DNA of 64,000 nucleotides from assembly GCA_963666835.2 (NCBI GenBank), contig CAXXGO010000001.1:448001-512000 (forward strand), in the 5' to 3' direction. The notes below the pieces were generated by a model that was given only the letters and a program-made list of their open reading frames with translations, made no database searches and was not told the origin of the DNA. Each line of letters starts with the position of its first letter. Within the stretch, counting starts at the first letter, position 1. Of the stretch, positions 44,901 through 54,020 are shown piece by piece. The position numbers were made by a program, and so were the translations under genes. Source of the stretch: Phycisphaerae bacterium (GTDB lineage: Bacteria; Planctomycetota; Phycisphaerae; UBA1845).

Positions 44901-46546
44901 CTTATGTGGCCGATGCGTCCAATGGGCTTGTAGTGGTAGATGTTTCCGATGTTGCGAATCCTGTCCAGGTCGGCCATGTCGCCACCGGCGACACGACGTA
45001 TGATGTGGCGACATCCGGAGATCTCGTCTTCGTTGCGAACCACCATTCCGGTTTGGCGGTCATTGATGTGGCCGATCCGGAAGCTCCCGTTCTCGTAGCC
45101 GAGCATGAGACGCCCGGACCATCCACACAAGGCGTTGCCGTTGCCGGCGACAACATACTGCTCGCAGACGGCTACGGTGGGCTTCTTATCGTCAGAGCGT
45201 TTCCGGACTGTAACGGTAACAACATCGAGGACGCAGAGGATATCTCTGAGGGGACCAGTTCCGACTGCAACTCCAACAGCATCCCCGACGATTGCGAGTT
45301 GGATACGGATGGCGACACCGTGATTGATGCCTGCGATACTGATGACGACAACGATTGTGTTAGCGATGGCAGTGACAGCAACTCATTGGATCCGCTGCAA
45401 TGCGAGGATATGGATGGGGACGGTTGCGACGATTGTTCGGTCGGGGTCGACGGCTTCGGGGCCTTATGCGACAACAGGCCCGCCGATGACGGTGTAGATA
45501 CCGATGCCGACGGGCTGTGCGATGTTGGCGATCCATGTACGGACGTCGACGGCGACGGCTGGGGTCAGGATGTCGGCAACGGGATTGACTGCCCCAACGG
45601 TGCGACTCCAGATTGCGACGACGAGGGGTCGAACGCTACCGATCCGGATGTCGACAACGTCTGTGAGCCAATCGACAACTGCAACCTGTACAACCCGGAC
45701 CAGCTTGACTGTCAGCCGAATAGCATCGGGGACGTGTGCGATATTGACGCGGGGACCTCGCCGGACCAGGACGACGACGGAACCCCCGACGAGTGCGAGT
45801 TCGGCCCGCCGCAGCCCGAGCCCGAGCCCGAGCCCGTATGTAAGAACCGCTACATCTCTTTCGTCCCCGACCATGCCGATGTGCCCACGGCCCTTCACGT
45901 GGAGATCACAGCCAGCGAGTTGTTCCCGGACTCCGTGGGCACTGCTGGATGGGTCGGCACACCGGATGAAGACGGTGTTTCCCGGATCGTCGTATACCCC
46001 GTGTATCGCGTATGGCCGGAGCCGCTGGTCAACGTGGGCGATTGCATGATCGCTCCGACGGTTACATACGAAATCACGGCCGTGGTCGGTCCGACGCCGG
46101 AGATCCGCTCCGACGCTCTGATCGTGGACACAATCGCACAACCGTCTCCGAAATACTGGTGCGACGTTGTCGGCGAATTCGTCGCGGGTGCGTGGACGCC
46201 CCCGAACGGGATCGTCAATATGAATGACATCATGGCGGTACTTCAGGGATTCTCGTCGGCTCCGACTGCCCGGCCGATTGCCTGGTTGGACCTCGACCCC
46301 GAGGTGCCGAATACGATCATCAACATGACCGACGTTCAACGGGCCGTGAGCGCTTTCAAGGGCGAGCCGTATTCGTTCAGCGATCCGGGGGATTGCCCGT
46401 ATTCAATCGGAGAGACGTCGGTTGAGGATCCCACACGGACGCGCCGAGCGACTCCCACATCATTGGGCCAGCGCCACGGAAATCAAGATTCTGGTAAAGT
46501 AGCACTGTTTTCGCTTTGCATCGCTGGCTGGCGTCCGGTATTATGA
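41984..46546 (+). CDS. Large secreted protein (apparent two-gene fusion): beta-propeller with internal IPTL-CTERM, LVIVD repeats, Cys/Asp-rich repeats, dockerin-like tail
   Basis: Signal peptide MRPRILASL; INxxGQVxW repeats; PAVSTWG plus TM; AYVAD..GLxIxDVSDP repeats. Confidence 0.9.
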   Translation: MRPRILASLALGLTALNATAAEYRIIQITYNAYDDYKPQINDTGQMAWIENRTGLDPGLGDNLVFRDSPEAPDTILPSDRGRVSMYDLNEVGAVAWPDKEVYFFDGTTITQFTTSGHTNMDVHLNNSNHIIWNQRVDDASDVYWYDGSGITPLTNYPATNGNHPWINDNGDTVWMAASDLVQIDQVVLNDININTIPHLNGGARFNDSGQVVWIAGYEDSNDALEVFLYTDGVTDQLTDDERADLSAQINASGQVAWVGGYWSVQEIMLFDGVVTKRISDPGLTSQYNPQINNNGWVVWNGYDGEDHEVFVYDGVTRTQVTEDTVDVGFCAINNLGMIVWQQQDEVEGDYEIFLGIPMTDCNGNGIPDECDLDCAATVDVTGELCSLLFPACGGSTDSDGDGVMDECEAPVPAVSTWGMLAMVLLTMTAGTIAFRGRAKRGAAALERGCLQNNRWNRLRVLVVPAFLLVAGSASADVGQMGVEVVGQWGGVNWRSAVVGNTAYIGVGPRLVILDVSGPSDPIELGRTDVLPGVVDDIMIEGSHAYLSTWHRPGLLVVDVSDSSSPTLVAEYETIARVDGIDIVSGMIYIAEQNLLEIAQIVGPTTLLYRSDIATVGSTYDVTVVGNVAYVADGNDGGLRLFDVSDPDAPTLLGAYDSDHEVVDVVVSAGYAYIADYPASLLIVDVSDPTDPQFCSEYAVNGAANGIDLVGNTAYLGARSQGLHVFDVTDPCNPIRCGGYNPGGLAAQVLTIADLVYLSDYRLGLHIVDVAGACSGVAPQRVGGYEASNAALKVVVQGDLAYVADWYAGVQIVDISDPTSPTRIHTHSRWQTYDVDVEGNVACLATWNGNAYPVDLTSPTAPVECTHYDTGGNNQAVTLENSIAYVGNVNPSELYIVDLSGDCGSAPSLCDVVAPGDHPLDTEVQGDHAYVAEGGVGLEIYDVHDVCSGGAAVSIGVCDTSGSSVAVAVDGDHAYVADASNGLVVVDVSDVANPVQVGHVATGDTTYDVATSGDLVFVANHHSGLAVIDVADPEAPVLVAEHETPGPSTQGVAVAGDNILLADGYGGLLIVRAFPDCNGNNIEDAEDISEGTSSDCNSNSIPDDCELDTDGDTVIDACDTDDDNDCVSDGSDSNSLDPLQCEDMDGDGCDDCSVGVDGFGALCDNRPADDGVDTDADGLCDVGDPCTDVDGDGWGQDVGNGIDCPNGATPDCDDEGSNATDPDVDNVCEPIDNCNLYNPDQLDCQPNSIGDVCDIDAGTSPDQDDDGTPDECEFGPPQPEPEPEPVCKNRYISFVPDHADVPTALHVEITASELFPDSVGTAGWVGTPDEDGVSRIVVYPVYRVWPEPLVNVGDCMIAPTVTYEITAVVGPTPEIRSDALIVDTIAQPSPKYWCDVVGEFVAGAWTPPNGIVNMNDIMAVLQGFSSAPTARPIAWLDLDPEVPNTIINMTDVQRAVSAFKGEPYSFSDPGDCPYSIGETSVEDPTRTRRATPTSLGQRHGNQDSGKVALFSLCIAGWRPVL

Positions 46547-46866
46547 CAGCTTGACGGGCGTGCGGGCCCAATCGCGGATGGGTCCTCCGTCGGACGCGAG
46601 ACTGATGTCTCGTGAGGTCGCTTTGGGGCCATTGGTTGCGCGGTGTTGCCGTTGCCGGCTGTACGCCGGCCAATCCTCGAGGAGCTGGCGGACTCCCAAA
46701 CGATGCTCGTGTTGCATACGAACAGCGCGCGCTACAGCTGGCGGTCCTGCCAGCATGTCCGTGCGGAGAACGGCGCAACCGCTTTTCCGCACAGCAGGAC
46801 GAACGCACAGACCAGAATCGAGGCCGATTGAACGACGTACTCCAAACCCAAGAAAGGGGATTTCGC

Positions 46867-48132
46867 ATGGCTGAATCACTGAACTTGAACACTCTCCAGG
46901 ATGCCGTTCGCCACGGCGCCGCGTTGCGTTGCCGGACTACCTTGCAGCCGGCCGGTGGGCCGGGGACGAAGGTCTTTCCTCCGACCTACAGCGGCGCCGT
47001 CTACGCCACGGAGAAGCGGCGGCTTCCCGGCTCTGATGAACCGGTCGAGTGCGTTTTGCTCGATTCGGTTCAGTCGCAGGCCAACCGCATGGAGGACGCC
47101 TTGCAGCAGGCGGTCGACAATGGGCGGGTGAAGATTCCCATTATCGAAGTCGACTTCACGTCGTACGAAGGCGACGATCAACCTGAGGACATGCGGCTTC
47201 TGGATCCGGTCGGCAAGATCAGTTCGTTGCAGGCACCGCACCGTATCGCCGACGCGATCCTGCGAGACAGCCTGCTTGGCGACAAACCCTTTCGAGACTC
47301 GGAAGTTGGCCAGCGTCTTGGCCAAGTGCGGAGCGGAGACGCTACTGCACTCTTCGAGCTTTGCCCGACTGCCCTGCTATTCGGTATGTGGGACTCAACG
47401 GGGCCCAAGGGGGGCCTTGGCGCAAAGTTCGAACGGGCGATGGTCAGCGAGATCGTGGGAATCAATGCCGCATACGGCGTGAAGACCAGCAGCCGGATTG
47501 ACCCGCTCGCCATCCAGTTAAAAGCCGGTCCGCTGTTTCACGCTGAGGGAGGTGGCTGGACGCTCGATGAGGCGCAGGCTCGGCATGAGAAGAAGAAGCC
47601 TATGATGATGGGCAAAGATGGAAGACCCTCTGAGGCCAACCACGGCAATATTGTACCTTCGCTATCGGAGACCGATCGAAAGACACAGCAGTACCTCGCT
47701 GGTGGTGTGACTATTGACCATGCCGAGCAGACGATCGTGCTGTCGTTTCCGTGTCTTCGCCGGTTGCGGTTCCCAGTCGACGGGGAGTGCATCAAGGACC
47801 GGGATACCGCCGCACAAACGGTTCTTGCAGCCCTGGGCATATGCTCCGCCGCACTCGCCGCCGAGGCCGGCCTGGATCTTCGCTCTCGTTGCCTTCTCTG
47901 GCCGACCGAACCTCTAACCTGGGAACTACTCGGCCGGGCGGGCGAAGAGCCCAGCGAGCTTTCAATCGAAGCGGAGGCCGCCGTGGCTTTGCTCAACGAT
48001 GCGGTCGAGGAAGCGACCAAGCTCGGCCTACCTTGGCAAACCCAGCCGCTCTCGCTCACCCCTTCTGATCAGCTGGTCAAACTCGTTGTGAAGAGCCAGA
48101 GACTCGCCGTGCAGCAAAGTGAGGAGGAATAG
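46867..48132 (+). CDS. csb1: Type I-G (I-U) Cas7g
   Basis: LQPAGG..KVFPPTY, LLDSVQSQANRME, APHRIADA, PTALLFGMWDS, HGNI. Confidence 0.95.
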   Translation: MAESLNLNTLQDAVRHGAALRCRTTLQPAGGPGTKVFPPTYSGAVYATEKRRLPGSDEPVECVLLDSVQSQANRMEDALQQAVDNGRVKIPIIEVDFTSYEGDDQPEDMRLLDPVGKISSLQAPHRIADAILRDSLLGDKPFRDSEVGQRLGQVRSGDATALFELCPTALLFGMWDSTGPKGGLGAKFERAMVSEIVGINAAYGVKTSSRIDPLAIQLKAGPLFHAEGGGWTLDEAQARHEKKKPMMMGKDGRPSEANHGNIVPSLSETDRKTQQYLAGGVTIDHAEQTIVLSFPCLRRLRFPVDGECIKDRDTAAQTVLAALGICSAALAAEAGLDLRSRCLLWPTEPLTWELLGRAGEEPSELSIEAEAAVALLNDAVEEATKLGLPWQTQPLSLTPSDQLVKLVVKSQRLAVQQSEEE

Positions 48133-48135
48133 CCC

Positions 48136-49821
48136 ATGCCATCACTGGCAGTCGGATGGGAGTACCTCACGGGGTACGCGGTCGCGACCGATTGGACCAA
48201 CCGCGACCGAGCCGAATGGCCACCGCATCCCGGACGCGTGTTCCTTGCGCTGGCGGCAGCGCACTTCGAGACGGGCGAGGACCCTGCCGAAAGAGATGCC
48301 CTGCGCTGGCTGGAGGCCCTGGGTGATCCAGAGCTACACCTGCCGCCGAGCAACGCAGTGTTCGAACGTACGAACGTGACGGTCTATGTGCCGGTCAATG
48401 ACAAAGCCGGGCCGTCCGCAGCAATGCTGCAATCCGCTCCGACAACGACGCGGAGCAGACAGGCTCGGACCTTCCCACGCGTGTGGGTCGGTTCGTCGCC
48501 GTGCTATATGACCTGGCAGGACGCCGGCGACCTAGACAAACACCGGGCCGCGCTCGAGCAGGTATGCACCAAGGTCACCCGAATCGGCCACTCCTCGTCG
48601 CTCGTACGAATGTGGGTGGCGGATGAGGTCGATCCCCGGGCCGGGGAACACTGGCAGCCCGACGACCTGAACGCCACCGTCCACTGCCGAGTCGTCTCGA
48701 AGAACACGCTTGGCAGCCTGCCGGAGCAGACGCAGATCCCACTCATTAACGATTTCGCTCACCTTGCCCAACGCGTTGCTTCGAGCAAGCGTGCCGAACA
48801 GAAACTCGTAAAAACCGAGTTCGAGGGACGATTCGGCAAAAAGTGGAAACGCGGTATCGCCCCGCCACCGTTGCTTCGGCCGAACCTGGGCATCTGGCGA
48901 GGCTATCGTTCGGCCGGAGCTCATCGGCCCGATCCGGATGTCGCCCACAGCAACTTCGATACCGATCTGCTGATCCTGTCGCACACCGACGGTCCGCAAT
49001 TGCCACTTGTTTCGACGTTGGCTGCCTCCCAGGCCCTGCGCAATACGATCATGAAGCACAGCGGAGAGCAGCCGGTGCCATCGTGGGTCAGCGGGCACGA
49101 TCCCAACGGCACACCGCTTCATCACGACAGCGACGCACACTTGGCATTGACTCCGTTGCCCTTTGTGGGTCGTAGTCACGCTGACGGCCATCTGCTCGGC
49201 ATGGGCCTGGCATTCCCCCGCAGTACAAACCTCAAGGAACGTGGTCGCGTGCTTGGGGCGTTGCTCTTGAACGAACACGGCAAGCCCAAACCCGTCGCGC
49301 TCCACCTCGGTCGACTCGGCGCATGGACCCTGACGAAGCGCGACTGGACGGAGTCACGACGTGCCCTCCAGCCGGAAACTTGGACCGCACACTCCCGCGG
49401 CTCGCAAACCTGGGCGTCTGTAACACCTGTAGTATTGGACAAGTTCCCCAAGTCTTCCCGTCGCGACGATCGCGCAGCATGGACTGACGAAGTTGCCCGG
49501 ATAGTGGCATCCTCGTGCGAACGAATCGGCTTGCCGCTGCCGGATGCCATAGACCTCGACACCACGAGTTGGGTCCACGGCAGCTCGCGCGCGGTTCGGA
49601 AGCAGCGACAACTTCGCAGTGGAGCCGGCTCAGACGGGCAGCAAGGCACGGGATGCGGTGATGGATTCCCACCCTATCCCCCGAAGGGAACAAATGTCCC
49701 GCGACTGCAAGTACACGTCTGGTTGCGCTTTCCTGAACCCGTTGTTGGCCCGATCCTGCTGGGCGCCGGTCGTTATCGTGGCTATGGGCTATGCATGCCC
49801 TGGAAGGAGGCTGACCGATGA
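48136..49821 (+). CDS. csb2: Type I-G Cas5/Cas6 fusion
   Basis: EWPPHPGRVFLALAAA, YVPVND, IGHSSSLV, WASVTP, GPILLGAGRYRGYGLC. Confidence 0.95.
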   Translation: MPSLAVGWEYLTGYAVATDWTNRDRAEWPPHPGRVFLALAAAHFETGEDPAERDALRWLEALGDPELHLPPSNAVFERTNVTVYVPVNDKAGPSAAMLQSAPTTTRSRQARTFPRVWVGSSPCYMTWQDAGDLDKHRAALEQVCTKVTRIGHSSSLVRMWVADEVDPRAGEHWQPDDLNATVHCRVVSKNTLGSLPEQTQIPLINDFAHLAQRVASSKRAEQKLVKTEFEGRFGKKWKRGIAPPPLLRPNLGIWRGYRSAGAHRPDPDVAHSNFDTDLLILSHTDGPQLPLVSTLAASQALRNTIMKHSGEQPVPSWVSGHDPNGTPLHHDSDAHLALTPLPFVGRSHADGHLLGMGLAFPRSTNLKERGRVLGALLLNEHGKPKPVALHLGRLGAWTLTKRDWTESRRALQPETWTAHSRGSQTWASVTPVVLDKFPKSSRRDDRAAWTDEVARIVASSCERIGLPLPDAIDLDTTSWVHGSSRAVRKQRQLRSGAGSDGQQGTGCGDGFPPYPPKGTNVPRLQVHVWLRFPEPVVGPILLGAGRYRGYGLCMPWKEADR

Positions 49822-52800
49822 CACCCTTGACCATCGACCGTTTCGACGATTACTTCCGCGCTCTGCATAGCCATGCCCCTTATCCATGGCAGCAGGCACT
49901 CGCCGCACAAGCCGTAAGCGGCACGTGGCCCAGCGTAATCGATCTACCAACCGGCAGCGGCAAGACTGCGTGCATCGATATCGCAGTTTTCGCGCTAGCC
50001 TGCCAAGCCGGTCGCTCCGCGAGCGACTGGACAGCCCCGCGCCGGATCTTCTTCTGCGTCAACCGCCGCGTAATCGTCGACGAGGCGCACGACCGTGCCG
50101 CGCGCATCGCCCGCCGGATCAGTGACTCCGAAGAAAGAGACTCTTCGGCACCCGACATACTCCGGGATGTTGCGACCGCCCTGCGCGCCGTCGCCGGCAC
50201 GACCCCCCAAAACCTAAGCCCACCGCTTGACGTGCTCGAGTTGCGCGGCGGCATCTACCGCGACAATCGTTGGGCCCGCTCGCTCACCCAGCCGACCATC
50301 GTCTGCACGACGGTCGATCAGCTCGGCTCCCGGCTCTTGTTCCGCGGCTACGGAGTCTCGCCCAACGCCGCCCCGATTCAGGCCGCGCTTGTTGCGTACG
50401 ACAGCCTGATTCTGCTCGACGAGGCCCATATCAGCCGGCCTTTCCTTCAGACCCTCGAGCGCGTCCGTCGCTTCCTCGACCCCGCCAAGTGGGCCGAACA
50501 AGACCTCGGCATCCGGCCGACCACTGTCGTGCCGATGACGGCCACCCCGCCCGCTGACCTCAACGAGGTCTTCCGAATGAGCCCAGCCGACCGAAAGAAC
50601 GAGTCGTTGCGCCGGCGTCTGTCCGCGAGCAAGCCGGCTGAGCTTCGCCAGGTCAAGAACGTAGCCAGCTCCGCCGTTGAGGCCGCCGGAGAGGCCGCTG
50701 CCGACACCCCCGTCACCATTGGCATTATCGTGAACCGCATCACCACCGCCCGGACGATTCACAGAAAGCTGCTTGAGGCACAAAGGCCACAAGGACGCAG
50801 CCGTCCGAAGATCGCCCCCTCAGCACAGATCGAACTCGTCATCGGGTCCATGCGTCCGCTGGATCGTGACCGGCAAACCGAACGGCTACGCCCGCTCTTG
50901 GGAAGTGCTCGACCTGAGGCCACCGCCCAGACGAGCATCGTCGTCTCGACCCAATGTTTGGAGGTCGGAGCCGACTACGACTTCGATGTGCTGATCACGG
51001 AGTGTGCATCTCTGGACGCTCTTCGACAGCGTTTCGGACGGCTCAATCGTGCCGGACGAGGGATTACGGCCTGGGCCCTCGTTCTTATCGATGCCAAAGC
51101 TGTAAAACCCGAAGACAAACTCCACGACGATAAACCGTTGGACCCAATCTACGGCAACGCCCTTGTCCGCACCTGGAACTGGCTCTGGGAAAACGCTGCC
51201 ACCGTCGATGGTACAGACGAAAGGACGATCGATTTCGGCATCGACACCTTCAGCCAATTGCTCGCCCAAGCGGGCATGGACGGCCGAATTCCGCTGGAGC
51301 TACTGGCGCCTTCCGCCATGCTCGACGCACCGGTCATGCTGCCCGCTTACGTGGACCTGTGGGGCCAGACCGCTCCCAAGCCCGAGCCCGAGCCTGAGGT
51401 CTCGCTGTTCATCCACGGCCCGCAGACCGCCCCGCCGGACATGCAGGTATGCTGGCGAGCAGACCTGGTTGTCGAGGAAGGGCCGTCCGAGCCTGACCAC
51501 TGGTGCGAGGTGGTGGCGTTGTTGCCGCCCACTGCGGCCGAATGCATGACTGTCCCCCTCGCGCGCGTCCGGAATTGGCTGGCCGGGTTGATCGACTCGT
51601 TCCACAAACAGCCGGACAGCAGCAGCGACGTGCTTGGTGAGACAGAGCATGAGCAGACAACTGACGTAAGCCGTCCGAATAAGGCAATGCCGCCGGCTGT
51701 CCTTTGGCGTGGCCCCGAGCATAGTGTTCTCCTCGATTCGCTTCAGGATCTCCGCCCCGGAGATACGCTGGTTCTGCCAACCTCGGCCGGCGGCTGGAAT
51801 GAGCTAGGTCACATCCCCGCTATAGGCGACGAGGGCGCAGCAGGAATCGACATCGCCGAGCAGGCCTTCGAGCAGGCACGCAACCGTACGGTTCTGCGTC
51901 TGTACGCCACGTTGACCGACAGGGTCCCCGATACCGACGCCGGCCGCGAGTTGCTGACGCGAGCACGCGATCCTGACGACCGGCCGACTCTTGCCGAGTG
52001 GCGTACCATCCTTCGTGCCGCAGCCGACTTCCCCGAAGTGGATAACAGATTTCGCACCGCGCTCGAAACCCTGTCCGATGAGCACAGTGGCCTTCTCGTC
52101 GAACGGTACCCGGACAACGGCGGCGTTGTGCTAACAAGCCGGAGGCGACGCATCGAGTCCGGTCTTCGTGGCTTGCCGGCGCTCGACGATGGTGATGACT
52201 GCCCCTCGCGTACGATACAGCGGTCTTCGGTTTCGTTGTCCGAACACACACGCAACGTGCTGGCCGAGCTGGACAACGCACTTCAACGATTACCTGCCGA
52301 TGAACTTCGCCCGGCTCTGCGCCTGGCGGCCGTCCTGCACGACGCCGGGAAGGCCGACGAGCGTTTCCAGGCCATGCTCCGACGGTCCGACCGCACCGAC
52401 GCTTGGCTTCACACCGGCACGTCCACCATCATGCTCGCCAAGTCCGGCGGTTTCCCGCTGGGTGCCGGTGCGTCGGCGGCAGCTCGCCGTCGAGCCAGCC
52501 TGCCGAACGGCTTTCGACACGAAATGCTCTCCGTGCAGCTCGCCGAACGGCACGACCTGCTGTCGTCCGATCCCGTGCTGCGGGAACTAGCGTTACACGT
52601 GATTGCCGCACATCACGGTCACGCCCGACCCTTCGCCCCGGTCGTTATTGACGACGACCCGCCCGACGTCGAAGTGTTGCTCGACCGAAACTCGGGTGGT
52701 TCAGCCACAGCCGCCGACGTCGGTCCGCTTGCTATCTCAGCCGACGATCGCCGATGTCGACCGGCCCATAGGCTTGACTCCGGCGTTGCGGAACGATTCT

Positions 52801-52934
52801 GGTCACTCACCCGCCGCTTCGGTTGGTGGGGCTTGGCATATCTCGAAGCCGTCGTTCGGCTCGCCGACCAACAGGCCAGCGCAGGCGAAGAGATCGATCC
52901 CAGCAAACATCAGAACACGGAGGCCTTAGTATGA
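49818..52934 (+). CDS. cas3: Type I-G Cas3 (helicase N-terminal, HD nuclease C-terminal)
   Basis: LPTGSGKT, DEAH, QRFGRLNR; C-terminal LSEH, HDAGK, RHE, HHG, LAD. Confidence 0.95.
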   Translation: MTPLTIDRFDDYFRALHSHAPYPWQQALAAQAVSGTWPSVIDLPTGSGKTACIDIAVFALACQAGRSASDWTAPRRIFFCVNRRVIVDEAHDRAARIARRISDSEERDSSAPDILRDVATALRAVAGTTPQNLSPPLDVLELRGGIYRDNRWARSLTQPTIVCTTVDQLGSRLLFRGYGVSPNAAPIQAALVAYDSLILLDEAHISRPFLQTLERVRRFLDPAKWAEQDLGIRPTTVVPMTATPPADLNEVFRMSPADRKNESLRRRLSASKPAELRQVKNVASSAVEAAGEAAADTPVTIGIIVNRITTARTIHRKLLEAQRPQGRSRPKIAPSAQIELVIGSMRPLDRDRQTERLRPLLGSARPEATAQTSIVVSTQCLEVGADYDFDVLITECASLDALRQRFGRLNRAGRGITAWALVLIDAKAVKPEDKLHDDKPLDPIYGNALVRTWNWLWENAATVDGTDERTIDFGIDTFSQLLAQAGMDGRIPLELLAPSAMLDAPVMLPAYVDLWGQTAPKPEPEPEVSLFIHGPQTAPPDMQVCWRADLVVEEGPSEPDHWCEVVALLPPTAAECMTVPLARVRNWLAGLIDSFHKQPDSSSDVLGETEHEQTTDVSRPNKAMPPAVLWRGPEHSVLLDSLQDLRPGDTLVLPTSAGGWNELGHIPAIGDEGAAGIDIAEQAFEQARNRTVLRLYATLTDRVPDTDAGRELLTRARDPDDRPTLAEWRTILRAAADFPEVDNRFRTALETLSDEHSGLLVERYPDNGGVVLTSRRRRIESGLRGLPALDDGDDCPSRTIQRSSVSLSEHTRNVLAELDNALQRLPADELRPALRLAAVLHDAGKADERFQAMLRRSDRTDAWLHTGTSTIMLAKSGGFPLGAGASAAARRRASLPNGFRHEMLSVQLAERHDLLSSDPVLRELALHVIAAHHGHARPFAPVVIDDDPPDVEVLLDRNSGGSATAADVGPLAISADDRRCRPAHRLDSGVAERFWSLTRRFGWWGLAYLEAVVRLADQQASAGEEIDPSKHQNTEALV

Positions 52935-53896
52935 TGACCGACTATACAAGTTCACCATCCTCACCTGCCGGCCTGCTCTTGCCGGGCCTCGACGGCAGCA
53001 ACCCGCTGGGCTTCCTCGCTGCCCTCGGCGTACTTCGTGTCATAGCTGGGGCACCTGGTACTCAGCATGCACGGATTAGCTGGACGCCTCACGGAGGCGT
53101 TTGGGTGCCGGCCATCTCCGCCTCGCCTGCGACGCTCGACGAAACAGCTCTCTTGGACATCCTGGAAGACAATCTAACGACAGATATAGCTGAGCATCCC
53201 GCGAGGCTCCTCGCCGCCCTGGCCGACGATGCCAAAGACGGCGACAGGGGACATCTCCAGGTCTTCTCGAATCTTCTCAAAGACGCAGATGCCGCGAATC
53301 GTGTCTCGATCGACTGGCTTGCTGCCATCGCGAGTGACGCGGCCTCCCCGGATGCCACCAACCAGCTTCAGACTTCCCGCCGAGACTACTTCTACGGCAA
53401 CCTGACCTCGGTGATGGCGGCTTGCACGCGGGAGCACCTCCACCGCGCGATCTTCCGCCAATGGGACTACGGTGACCCACTGCAGAATCAGTCGTTGCAC
53501 CTCGACCCCAGTGAAGATCGAAGGCACGCCCACCAATGGAACCAACCGTCCGGGGACCCGGAACGCAACCGTTCCGGCGGAATGTTGGGCGCGAACCGAA
53601 TGGCAATCGAGGCCATTCCCGTATTCACCTCCATACCGGAGGGCGAGAAGCTCCGCACAATCGGCTTCACCGGTACTCGTGCGGCTAACACGCGGTGGAC
53701 ATGGCCGGTCTGGTCGGTGCCGCTTGGCCTTCGAGCGGTGCAGTCTCTTCTGACTCTTCCTGACCTGCAGGCAGAGGTAGTAGACGAAAGGTGCTGGCGG
53801 AATCTTAGACAGCGAGGCGTGATGTCCGTATTCCGGTCTCGTCGCATCCTCGTGGGGAAGACGCCGAACTTCACGCCGGCGCAGTGTATTGGCTGA
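52931..53896 (+). CDS. Type I-G short large-subunit protein (Cas8g/Csb3-like)
   Basis: GLDGSNPLGFLAALG, SLHLDP, GANRMAIEAIP, WTWPVW; lies after cas3 with an ATGA overlap. Confidence 0.8.
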   Translation: MMTDYTSSPSSPAGLLLPGLDGSNPLGFLAALGVLRVIAGAPGTQHARISWTPHGGVWVPAISASPATLDETALLDILEDNLTTDIAEHPARLLAALADDAKDGDRGHLQVFSNLLKDADAANRVSIDWLAAIASDAASPDATNQLQTSRRDYFYGNLTSVMAACTREHLHRAIFRQWDYGDPLQNQSLHLDPSEDRRHAHQWNQPSGDPERNRSGGMLGANRMAIEAIPVFTSIPEGEKLRTIGFTGTRAANTRWTWPVWSVPLGLRAVQSLLTLPDLQAEVVDERCWRNLRQRGVMSVFRSRRILVGKTPNFTPAQCIG

Positions 53897-54020
53897 TGGC
53901 CACCGCGTGAACTCGCTGGAACAACGGATGAACCGACTTTTCCATGTCAGTGCTCTTTGACAACCGAATAGGCGTGTACCGGGGCCGTGGGTCAACGACG
54001 GCTCCGACCGGAGGATCGGA

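Noticed and set aside
46612..46866. N-terminal extension of csb1 in the ORF track
   Set aside because: Csb1 similarity starts at MAESLNL (46867), which has a purine-rich RBS; the upstream part is likely untranslated.
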